NCBI GenBank assembly: GCA_016699955.1
Contig: CP064993.1
Location: 660,001-692,000, forward strand
DNA from: Candidatus Saccharimonadota bacterium
GTDB lineage: Bacteria; Patescibacteriota; Saccharimonadia; Saccharimonadales; UBA4665
DNA: 32,000 nucleotides
Direction of reading: 5' to 3'
Position numbers and translations under genes: made by a program. Below the pieces are notes generated by a model. It saw nothing but the letters and a program-made list of their open reading frames with translations. It was not told where the DNA came from and ran no database searches. Of the stretch, positions 1 through 6,724 are shown piece by piece (positions within the stretch are counted from its first letter, which is position 1; every line of letters starts with the position of its first letter).

Positions 1-371
1 AATAGGGATGATTCATCGCCTCCAGCACCGGCACGGATTTCAATAATCACATCTTTTTCATCGTTGGGGTCTTTAGGAGTGAGGGCTTCAGAAAGGTAAG
101 TGGTGAGAGATTGCAGATTGGCGCGCAGAGATTCAAGCTCCGCAAAAGCCATTTCTGCGATATCAGGATCAGAATCCTGTGACATTTTTTCGGCGTCGTA
201 GATCTGTTGTTTGGTCGAAGCTAGCCTATCAAACAGTGACACAATGTCTTCTAGGTAGGCTTGTCGTTTTGCCAACTTTGGATAGCCTGGTTCAGAATAT
301 ACTGAAGAATCCTGCAGCTTTCCCTGGAGCTCAGCGTATTCATCACGTAGCGATTGTTCTTTTTGATCCAT
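1..371 (-). CDS. prfA: Peptide chain release factor 1, N-terminal part (gene continues beyond the left window edge)
   Basis: Absent from the ORF track because it is open at the edge. Minus-strand translation from the ATG (complement of 369-371) gives MDQKEQSLRDEYAELQGKLQDSSVYSEPGYPKLAKRQAYLEDIVSLFDRL...EALTPKDPNDEKDVIIEIRAGAGGDESSL, with no stop down to position 1. The PKDPND...EIRAGxGGDE block is typical of class-I release factors. The SPF-containing RF2 is encoded separately at 21891-22973. Confidence 0.85.
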   Translation of the reverse strand, partial: MDQKEQSLRDEYAELQGKLQDSSVYSEPGYPKLAKRQAYLEDIVSLFDRLASTKQQIYDAEKMSQDSDPDIAEMAFAELESLRANLQSLTTYLSEALTPKDPNDEKDVIIEIRAGAGGDESSL

Positions 372-382
372 AGACTTTTATT

Positions 383-388
383 AGTATA
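383..388 (-). promoter_or_regulatory. Candidate -10 box (TATACT) for prfA
   Basis: The minus strand reads gggTTATACTaataaaagtctATG, so TATACT lies 11 nt upstream of the prfA ATG with no Shine-Dalgarno between. The decamer ATTAGTATAA (plus-strand reading) occurs twice, at 380-389 and 498-507, so a second identical box lies about 118 nt further upstream. Confidence 0.35.
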
Positions 389-555
389 ACCCTAGCTCGG
401 TGTAAGCACTACTATTAGCGGTTTCAGGCGCTAGCGAGTGAGAGCGAATCCGTCAGGGGTGGCAAGTCTTACAACTCGTCGATGACGCCGAGTTCGGATT
501 AGTATAAACCAACCAACCGAAAGAGTGATACCATCGACGGTTTGTATGGGGCTAG

Positions 556-900
556 TTACTTATTGTCGCTTTTTTCGTCTGCAGCTTTTTCGGCTTTTTT
601 CTCGGCGCGGGCAGTTGATTTTTTGGCAGCGGCCATGCGAGCTTCTTTGGCTTTTGCGGCGGCTTCGGCACGAGCCTTAAATTTGTCAACGCGGCCTTCA
701 ATGTCGAGAACACGTTCTTCGCCGGTGTAGAAGGGGTGGCTCGAACCAGTTATGTGCACTTTTACGAGGGGGTATTCAACGCCGTCGAGCTTGATAACTT
801 CGTCTGTTTTCACGGTGGAGCGTGTCAGATATGTTTGATTGTTATTGAGATCCTGGAACACCACCAGGCGATAATCTTTCGGATGAAGATCTTTTTTCAT
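556..900 (-). CDS. rpmE: 50S ribosomal protein L31, cysteine-free type B form with a Lys/Ala-rich C-terminal tail
   Basis: The ORF 556-990 contains an internal start, MKKDLHPKDYRLVVFQDLNNNQTYLTRSTVKTDEVIKLDGVEYPLVKVHITGSSHPFYTGEERVLDIEGRVDKF. This is the canonical L31 N-terminus, preceded by GAGG (agaggttataccaaATG). The start is therefore placed at 900 rather than 990. No CxxC motif is present. The tail reads AEAAAKAKEARMAAAKKSTARAEKKAEKAADEKSDNK. Confidence 0.9.
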   Translation of the reverse strand: MKKDLHPKDYRLVVFQDLNNNQTYLTRSTVKTDEVIKLDGVEYPLVKVHITGSSHPFYTGEERVLDIEGRVDKFKARAEAAAKAKEARMAAAKKSTARAEKKAEKAADEKSDNK

Positions 901-998
901 TTGGTATAACCTCTGCCCTAAATGGTTGATTGGTATGTTTGGCTTTCGGATTAGCAACGGGCGACTTGCAGTCCGACGTATCCCAAACAATTAGATTC

Positions 999-1007
999 AT
1001 TATATCA
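999..1007 (-). promoter_or_regulatory. Candidate extended -10 promoter (TGATATAAT) for rpmE
   Basis: The reverse complement of 999-1007 is TGATATAAT, a TGnTATAAT match. It would give a leader of about 90 nt ending in the GAGG ribosome-binding site of rpmE. Confidence 0.4.
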
Positions 1008-1060
1008 CCTCTGTTACTCGCATCACCAGCCTGCTGCCGGCAAACACGTTCTTTATTATG

Positions 1061-1129
1061 CCCCGGGGCGGCCCGGGCGGCGGGCGGGGGGGGCGGCGGC
1101 CCGCGGGGGGGGGGGAGGGGGGGGGGGGG
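1061..1129. repeat. Near-pure G/C tract with long G homopolymers (G8, G11, G13)
   Basis: The sequence is ccccggggcggcccgggcggcgggcggggggggcggcggcccgcgggggggggggaggggggggggggg, with one A in 69 nt. The runs are G8 at 1086-1093, G11 at 1105-1115 and G13 at 1117-1129. GTCGAC overlaps the last G (1129-1134). Confidence 0.9.
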
Positions 1130-1142
1130 TCGACGCTCCTGC

Positions 1143-1171
1143 TTGCTATGAGGCGCTATATCTGTTACGAT
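1143..1171 (+). promoter_or_regulatory. Candidate sigma70-like promoter for rpsB (TTGCTA-N17-TACGAT)
   Basis: TTGCTA lies at 1143-1148 and TACGAT at 1166-1171, with a 17-nt spacer. This would give a 5' UTR of about 180 nt containing complementary segments (GGTGTAA 1253-1259 and TTACACC 1321-1327) before the GGAAGGAG ribosome-binding site. Confidence 0.3.
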
Positions 1172-1355
1172 AAAACGGCAATTAACTAAGCAGGTGCGGG
1201 TGAAAATCCTCTGCAGCGTGGCTTTGCAAGCGCGCTTGTGGTGACCCGACCGGTGTAAAAGGATGAGATGGTCAGTGGTTGTAGGTGGTAAGGTAGAGTC
1301 GCAGACTTTTCCTTAAAAACCTTACACCGCTACCTATTCCTAGGAAGGAGTCTGC

Positions 1356-2069
1356 ATGGCAGACGTAGATATCAAGAAATTATTAGAGGCGGGGGCGCAC
1401 TTTGGGCACAAAACCGAGCGTTGGCACCCAAAAATGGCGCAGTACATACACAGTAAGCGCGGCGGAAGCCATATCATTGACCTAACCAAGACGGTCACAA
1501 AGCTCGAGGAAGCGCTCGCTTTTGTGGAAGAAATGGCAAGCAAGAACAAGCAAGTTCTGTTTGTGGGTACAAAGCGTCAGGCGGCCGACATTGTAAAGAC
1601 ATTAGCCGAAGAAACTGGTCAGCCGTACGTCACCGAGCGGTGGCTTGGCGGCATGCTAACCAACTGGAACACAGTGGGTGCGCAAATCAAATACCTCGTT
1701 GACCAGGAAGCCAAAATGGCAAGCGGCGAGCTGGCAAACAAATTCAATAAGCTCGAAGTACAGCGCTTCCAAGAAGAAATAGACGCTATGAATGTTCTGT
1801 ACGGCGGCATCAAGGAGCTCAATGCTCGTCCGGGCGTCGTAGTTATATTTGACATTGTGCATGACAAAAACGCCGTCAAAGAAGCCACTAAGCTCAAACT
1901 GCCTATTGTGGGCGTGTGCGATACAAACGCAAATCCAACCGGCATAACTTACGTAGTACCGTGTAATGACGACGCTATCAAGGCGCTGCAACTACTGGCC
2001 GATTATTTTAAGTCAGCCGTTTTGAACGGAAAAGCGAAAACCAAAACACCTGAAAAGGCTGAAGCTTAA
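1356..2069 (+). CDS. rpsB: 30S ribosomal protein S2
   Basis: 237 aa, with MADVDIKKLLEAGAHFGHKTERWHPKM...FVGTKRQA...ERWLGGMLTNW. A GGAAGGAG ribosome-binding site lies 6 nt upstream of the ATG. Confidence 0.97.
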   Translation: MADVDIKKLLEAGAHFGHKTERWHPKMAQYIHSKRGGSHIIDLTKTVTKLEEALAFVEEMASKNKQVLFVGTKRQAADIVKTLAEETGQPYVTERWLGGMLTNWNTVGAQIKYLVDQEAKMASGELANKFNKLEVQRFQEEIDAMNVLYGGIKELNARPGVVVIFDIVHDKNAVKEATKLKLPIVGVCDTNANPTGITYVVPCNDDAIKALQLLADYFKSAVLNGKAKTKTPEKAEA

Positions 2070-2085
2070 TTGACCTTTTGGCATT

Positions 2086-2197
2086 GATCTTTGTTCAGTA
2101 CTTTTTCGTCTGACACTGACCATCGATCTGCCGAGTAGTAGCAAATGAAAAATGTAAAAATGATCAGTTAACGATCAAATTTAAAAGATCAACGATC
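2086..2197. repeat. GATC cluster A (6 GATC sites in 112 nt, rpsB-tsf intergenic region)
   Basis: GATC sites start at 2086, 2125, 2162, 2173, 2187 and 2194. Four of them read GATCA(A/G), and aacGATCAa occurs twice (2171-2179 and 2192-2200). Confidence 0.85.
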
Positions 2198-2211
2198 AAG
2201 GAGAAATAACT

Positions 2212-2805
2212 ATGGCTATAAGTATTGAAGACATAAAGCGACTGCGTGAGCTTACCGGCGTAGGCATGACCGATGCCAAGCAGGCGCTCGACGCGGCAAG
2301 CGGCGATTTTGACATCGCACTGAAAGAAATGCGTAAGAAAGGCCTCACTAAGGCCGAAAAACGTGGTGAGCGCGAAGCTCGTCAGGGTCTTGTTGGTACC
2401 TACAATCACGATGGCCGCATAGGTGTTATCGTGGAAGTAAACTGCGAAACAGACTTTGTGGCACGCAACCAAATTTTTCTAGATCTCGTAAAAGATGTTG
2501 CCATGCACGTTGCGGCGAGCAATCCACAGTACGTTAGCAGTAATGATATACCAGCAGAAGACCGTGAGGCCAAAAAGCAGGAACTACTTGCCAGCGATGC
2601 ATTAAAAAGCAAGCCAGCAGACATGGCCGAGAAAATCGTAGAAGGCCAGTTGGGCAAGTACTTTGCGGACCTGTGTCTTTTGGATCAACCATTCATAAAA
2701 AACCCAGACCAAACGGTGGGGCAGTACGTAACTGACCACAATGCACGCCTCGGCGAAAACATTGTCGTCCGCCGCTTCAACCGCATCGCCCTCGGCGAAA
2801 AATAA
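2212..2805 (+). CDS. tsf: Translation elongation factor Ts (short form, 197 aa)
   Basis: The protein reads MAISIEDIKRLRELTGVGMTDAKQAL...VEVNCETDFVARN...MHVAASNPQYV. An AAGGAG ribosome-binding site is present and the gene follows rpsB as in most bacteria. Confidence 0.95.
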   Translation: MAISIEDIKRLRELTGVGMTDAKQALDAASGDFDIALKEMRKKGLTKAEKRGEREARQGLVGTYNHDGRIGVIVEVNCETDFVARNQIFLDLVKDVAMHVAASNPQYVSSNDIPAEDREAKKQELLASDALKSKPADMAEKIVEGQLGKYFADLCLLDQPFIKNPDQTVGQYVTDHNARLGENIVVRRFNRIALGEK

Positions 2806-2898
2806 CTCGAAGGATGGCTACTACCATACGACCACTATCAGTGAAGAAGTATTATGGGAAATATCATGAGCGGAAATTTCGACACACTAAAAATGCTA

Positions 2899-3077
2899 GA
2901 TCAGCGCGATCAGAAGCACTGGTTAGTAAGATCGAAAGATTGCTCGTAGGTGATGCATCGTGCATAGTTGTAATGCCGGGCTTTGATCTTTAGGAATGAT
3001 CAAGAAGCATCGCTCGGTGCAACGCAAGTAGACGAAGATCAGATAACGGCTTTCTGGTGTCATTGCTGCTTTAGATC
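2899..3077. repeat. GATC cluster B (7 GATC sites in 179 nt, tsf-frr gap)
   Basis: GATC sites start at 2899, 2908, 2930, 2985, 2998, 3037 and 3074. Most read GATCA(A/G) on one strand or the other. Confidence 0.85.
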
Positions 3078-3271
3078 AAGTTCCAAAATTATGTATTTCT
3101 GGGCTGTGGCATTTCGCCCCCGCTGGAGAATCCTCGCCAACAGGTAAGGTCCCATTGAGGGCTGGGAGGTGTATGTACTACCTACATAGATTTTGCAGGA
3201 GTAATCGGTCTTGTCGGAAAAGGTCAACTCATTTTTAGCTCTGTTGAGGGGCAACAAACAACCCAACAAGA

Positions 3272-3280
3272 TGGTATACT
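3272..3280 (+). promoter_or_regulatory. Candidate extended -10 promoter (TGGTATACT) for frr
   Basis: TGGTATACT at 3272-3280 is followed by a 21-nt leader containing AAGGAG, then the ATG at 3302. Confidence 0.4.
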
Positions 3281-3301
3281 TGTCTGATATAAGGAGACAA
3301 A

Positions 3302-3865
3302 ATGAATCCACAGCAGGTAGTTGAAGATGCAAAGAAAAAGTTTAGTGCGGCAGTTGAGCATTATCACGAACAGTTGAAAACTTTGCGCACTGGGCGCGCG
3401 AGTGCCAGTATGCTCGATGGCGTGATGGTAGAAGCGTACGGTACACCCATGCCACTGAACCAAGTGGCAAATGTGATTGCGCCTGAAGCGCAGCTGTTAC
3501 AGATAACGCCTTTTGATCCAAATAATCTGCAGAAAATTGCTAGCGCTATTCGTGATAACCCGAGCCTCGGGCTAAACCCAAGCGATGATGGCAGGGTTGT
3601 GCGGCTACCCATCCCTTCTCTGACAGAAGAGCGCCGTCGAGACATCGTAAAACAGCTGGGCAGTAAACAAGAAGACGCTATGATTGCCATCCGGAACATC
3701 CGACATGAAGCTATGGACGCCCTAGACGCTGCCAAAAAAGACAAAGTCATTGGCGAGGACGACGCAAAGCGGCTTAGTACACAGGTTGAAGAGGCTATGC
3801 AGAAAACTCGTACAGAGATAGAAGCCGCTACCAAGGGCAAAGAAGTAGAAATCATGAAAGTGTAG
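3302..3865 (+). CDS. frr: Ribosome recycling factor
   Basis: 187 aa, with ...LKTLRTGRASASMLDGVMVEAYGTPMPLNQVANV...RLPIPSLTEERRRDIVK, typical of RRF. Confidence 0.96.
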   Translation: MNPQQVVEDAKKKFSAAVEHYHEQLKTLRTGRASASMLDGVMVEAYGTPMPLNQVANVIAPEAQLLQITPFDPNNLQKIASAIRDNPSLGLNPSDDGRVVRLPIPSLTEERRRDIVKQLGSKQEDAMIAIRNIRHEAMDALDAAKKDKVIGEDDAKRLSTQVEEAMQKTRTEIEAATKGKEVEIMKV

Positions 3866-3871
3866 CGAGTT

Positions 3872-4573
3872 TTGATTATTTCGGAACTACCTAGTCTCCC
3901 GTCACATGTTGGTATTATCATGGACGGGAATCGTCGTTGGGCTCGAAAAATGGGTAAACGTTCTATCCGCGGACATGCCGCTGGCCAGGAAGTATTACAC
4001 CAGATTGTTGAGCATGCCTTTAAGGTAGGAGTGAAGTATCTTACGGTCTACGCTTTTTCAACAGAAAACTGGCGCCGAAACGACACTGAGGTAAAGTACC
4101 TGATGCAGCAGATTGATCGAGCCCTCAGGAAGCACCTACAGGAATTTATCGACGCTGAAGTGCGGATTGTCATACTCGGGAGCGCAGACGGGCTTTCAGA
4201 TAAGGTGAAACGATCACTCATGGCTGCCGAGCAAGCTACCGAGAATGGGACAAAGGGGACGCTAGGGGTATGCCTAAACTACGGTGGGTATAAAGAACTA
4301 GTCGATGCTACCCGAAAGCTCATAGACTCGGGCGTAGAAACTCAAAATATTGACGATGAAGCCATTGAGCGCCAGCTATATCATCCGGAATTACCACCCA
4401 TAGATCTTGTGATTCGCACTGGTGGCGAGAAACGCCTTAGTAATTTTATGTTGTGGCGGGCGGCATATAGTGAGTTAATATTTCGAGATGAGTATTGGCC
4501 CGATTTTACGCCACGGATTTTCAACGAATGTCTGGTAGAATATAGTAAACGTCAGAGGAGGTTCGGTAAATAG
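3872..4573 (+). CDS. uppS: Isoprenyl transferase (undecaprenyl-diphosphate synthase family)
   Basis: Motifs are HVGIIMDGNRRWA, LTVYAFSTENWRR and IRTGGEKRLSNFMLW. A TTG start at 3872 is required to keep the conserved P-x-H-hydrophobic-IIMDGN N-terminal motif. An in-frame TAG lies at 3863-3865. Confidence 0.9.
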   Translation: MIISELPSLPSHVGIIMDGNRRWARKMGKRSIRGHAAGQEVLHQIVEHAFKVGVKYLTVYAFSTENWRRNDTEVKYLMQQIDRALRKHLQEFIDAEVRIVILGSADGLSDKVKRSLMAAEQATENGTKGTLGVCLNYGGYKELVDATRKLIDSGVETQNIDDEAIERQLYHPELPPIDLVIRTGGEKRLSNFMLWRAAYSELIFRDEYWPDFTPRIFNECLVEYSKRQRRFGK

Positions 4574-5779
4574 ATGGTTATATTCATACTAGGAATCATA
4601 TTGTTTCTTGCGCTTATTATTACTCATGAAATGGGGCATTTTTTAGTCGCCAAGCGTAACGGTGTCAAGGCTGAAGAATTTGGCATTTTTTTTCCTCCTA
4701 AACTATGGAGTAAAAAAATGAAAGGCGGTTGGGATTTTACCATTAATCTGTTGCCCCTTGGTGGTTTTGTTAAGCTTAAGGGTGAACATGACAGCGACAC
4801 TGAAAAAGGCAGTTTTGGGGCGGCCAGTGACTGGGTAAAAGCCAAGATAATGCTTGCCGGTGTAGCAGTCAACCTCGTGACAGCACTCGTGTTATTTACC
4901 ATTCTCGCACTCTTAGGCATGCCAAAATTGATCGACAACCAGTTTACTATTGCCAAAGACACAAAGGTTTCTACTCAAAAACTACTTGCTGGCGCGGTCG
5001 TGCCCGGTTCTCCGGCGGAACGTATTGGCATAAAACCTCAAGACCAGATTCAGGCTCTGCGTGTAAGTAACCCAGGTGTGACTTGTGCAGAAGAAACTGT
5101 CTGTGAGCCGGCGAAGACCGTGTCTATAAATACTGCTACCGACCTTAAAAAATACACAAAGGAAAACGCTGGCAAATACGTTACCGTTCGGTACGTACGA
5201 GAGGGTAGTGAGTCTACTAAGCGGGTTCGTCTGCTGACAGATGCAGAAGTCCAAAAAAGTCTGAAAACAGATAATCCTTCCGGGCCTTTAGGTATTGCTC
5301 CGCAAGAAATCACTTTGCGGCGCTCGACGTGGTCTGCTCCAGTGGTAGCTGTGGGCTTGACGGCGCAGTTTACGCAACTGACATTGAAGGGTATCGGCAC
5401 AGCCCTACAAGGTCTTGGCGGGATTATTGCCGGCGGATTAACAGGCAACACAACTGCTCGTCAAAACGCACAGACAGAAGCGAGCAGCCAAGTTTCAGGT
5501 CCGCTCGGAATCTATTTTGTACTTAAAGGCGGGAGTAGTCTGGGAGTGCTTTTCATGCTGTTTATAATTGCCATAATTGCACTCACTCTTGCAATCATGA
5601 ATGTCCTGCCAATTCCGGCGCTCGACGGCGGTAGGCTGTACATGATGTTGGCTAGTCGCCTCACGAAGGCTAAACGACTAACACCCAAAATGGAAGAAAA
5701 CATTGTCGGGGCGAGCTTTTTGCTACTGCTCGGGCTTATCATATTAATCACACTCGTCGATGCCAAACGTTTCTTTTAA
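4574..5779 (+). CDS. rseP: RIP (site-2) metalloprotease RseP, M50 family with PDZ domain
   Basis: HEMGH (HExxH) sits in the first transmembrane helix and a NVLPIPALDGG motif lies near the C-terminus. An AGGAGG ribosome-binding site lies inside the end of uppS. The gene's position after uppS is conserved. Confidence 0.93.
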   Translation: MVIFILGIILFLALIITHEMGHFLVAKRNGVKAEEFGIFFPPKLWSKKMKGGWDFTINLLPLGGFVKLKGEHDSDTEKGSFGAASDWVKAKIMLAGVAVNLVTALVLFTILALLGMPKLIDNQFTIAKDTKVSTQKLLAGAVVPGSPAERIGIKPQDQIQALRVSNPGVTCAEETVCEPAKTVSINTATDLKKYTKENAGKYVTVRYVREGSESTKRVRLLTDAEVQKSLKTDNPSGPLGIAPQEITLRRSTWSAPVVAVGLTAQFTQLTLKGIGTALQGLGGIIAGGLTGNTTARQNAQTEASSQVSGPLGIYFVLKGGSSLGVLFMLFIIAIIALTLAIMNVLPIPALDGGRLYMMLASRLTKAKRLTPKMEENIVGASFLLLLGLIILITLVDAKRFF

Positions 5780-6596
5780 TAAAGAAAACACTTCCCAAGT
5801 GAACCTCACCGATGTTAATATTGCCATCCCAGGTGAACCTACTTCAGAGCCTGATGAAAAAACAATAAAACACTATAGCCCGTTTGCCGCCACACTTTGG
5901 GCGTTGGTGTTGTATGTGACGACGCAGATTATTGCCGTAGCAGTTATTTTGCTGGGCCTACGAGCGCTCGGCTGGAGTGGTAAACGGACTGAATTATGGC
6001 TGCAGAGTGCCGTCTCAGCTCAGTTTTTGTATATTCTGCTAGCCGAAACCATGACAATAATCGCCATTTTGGCGTTACTACGCCACAGGCAGCTACCCAT
6101 GCGACTATTTGGTTGGATTAAACCAAAGCTTATCGATATTTGGACTGCCCTGACGGGGTTTGGCGTGTATGTTCTCGGATATATTCTAGTCGTGGCTGTT
6201 GTCTCTAGCCTCATACCGTCACTCGATGTCGATCAGGAGCAACAAATTGGCTTTGGTACCGCTCATTCGCCGACCGATTTGCTCCTGGTTTTTGCGAGTT
6301 TGGTTATATTGCCCCCGCTTACAGAAGAAATAGTATTCCGTGGGTTCTTGTTTACTAGTTTGCGAGCGCGCAATACATTTGCCGCAAGTACTTTACTCAC
6401 AAGCCTGCTTTTTGGCGTAGCGCACCTTCAATTTGGCTCGGGTGAGCCGCTTCTTTGGATTGCCGCCATTGATACATTTGTCCTTTCTTTGGTGTTGTGC
6501 AGTGTGCGAGAAAAATCCGGCAGCTTATGGCCAGCTATCTTCATCCATATGTTTAAAAATATGGTGGCGTTCTTGTTTCTGTTTTTACTGAAGTAG
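5760..6596 (+). CDS. CPBP family (CAAX/Abi-type) intramembrane glutamic endopeptidase
   Basis: The protein is multi-pass hydrophobic, with TEEIVFRGFLF (EExxxR), FGVAHL (FxxxH) and a later IFIHMF histidine. It overlaps the end of rseP by 20 nt. Confidence 0.8.
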   Translation: MPNVSFNKENTSQVNLTDVNIAIPGEPTSEPDEKTIKHYSPFAATLWALVLYVTTQIIAVAVILLGLRALGWSGKRTELWLQSAVSAQFLYILLAETMTIIAILALLRHRQLPMRLFGWIKPKLIDIWTALTGFGVYVLGYILVVAVVSSLIPSLDVDQEQQIGFGTAHSPTDLLLVFASLVILPPLTEEIVFRGFLFTSLRARNTFAASTLLTSLLFGVAHLQFGSGEPLLWIAAIDTFVLSLVLCSVREKSGSLWPAIFIHMFKNMVAFLFLFLLK

Positions 6597-6606
6597 CAAC
6601 GTGCGG

Positions 6607-6685
6607 TACAATGACTGCAATGCAAAAAAAGTATTGCCAACCTGATGCTCGTACCACGCCGCCCTGGCGGTACTGTTGTTACTAA
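6607..6685 (+). promoter_or_regulatory. Candidate leaderless mini-ORF / leader region upstream of proS
   Basis: TACAAT (6607-6612) is followed after 7 nt by an ATG at 6620, opening a 21-codon ORF, MQKKYCQPDARTTPPWRYCCY, with its stop at 6683-6685. The ORF spans the hairpin at 6651-6673. Speculative. Confidence 0.2.
6651..6673 (+). terminator. Hairpin followed by a T-rich stretch (terminator of the CPBP gene and/or proS attenuator)
   Basis: In gtacc-ac-gcc gccct ggc ggtac, 5+3 bp pair around a 2-nt bulge and a 5-nt loop. The hairpin is followed by tgttgttactaattgtttatt. Confidence 0.4.
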
Positions 6686-6724
6686 TTGTTTATTACCAGC
6701 TAAAACTTAAGTAGGAAATGTATT

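Noticed and set aside
179-373. 64-aa plus-strand ORF at the left edge.
   Set aside because: It lies antisense to a clear RF1 (prfA) coding sequence, so it is a shadow ORF.
372-555. Possible tRNA or small RNA in the prfA-rpmE spacer. The segment tagctcgg resembles a D-loop, and crossing complementary segments CGAGT/ACTCG and CGTCA/TGACG are present.
   Set aside because: No cloverleaf can be built: the D-stem does not close and there is no GTTCRA T-loop. The complementary 5-mers are short enough to occur by chance. I found no tRNA, rRNA, tmRNA, RNase P or SRP RNA signatures elsewhere in the window either.
930-1151. 73-aa plus-strand ORF ending in a poly-Gly/Arg stretch (…GAARAAGGGGGGPRGGGRGGGGRR…).
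   Set aside because: It exists only because the reading frame runs through the G/C tract. It overlaps the rpmE promoter region, has no ribosome-binding site or promoter geometry, and its composition is unlike any other protein here.
2814-2993. 59-codon ORF in the tsf-frr gap (MATTIRPLSVKKYYGKYHERKFRHTKNARSARSEALVSKIERLLVGDASCIVVMPGFDL), just below the ORF-track cut-off.
   Set aside because: AGG abuts the ATG, so there is no usable spacing, and no -10 box lies at leaderless distance. I recognise no family, and the ORF is riddled with the GATC cluster. It cannot be excluded as a small basic protein, but the evidence is too weak to call it a gene.
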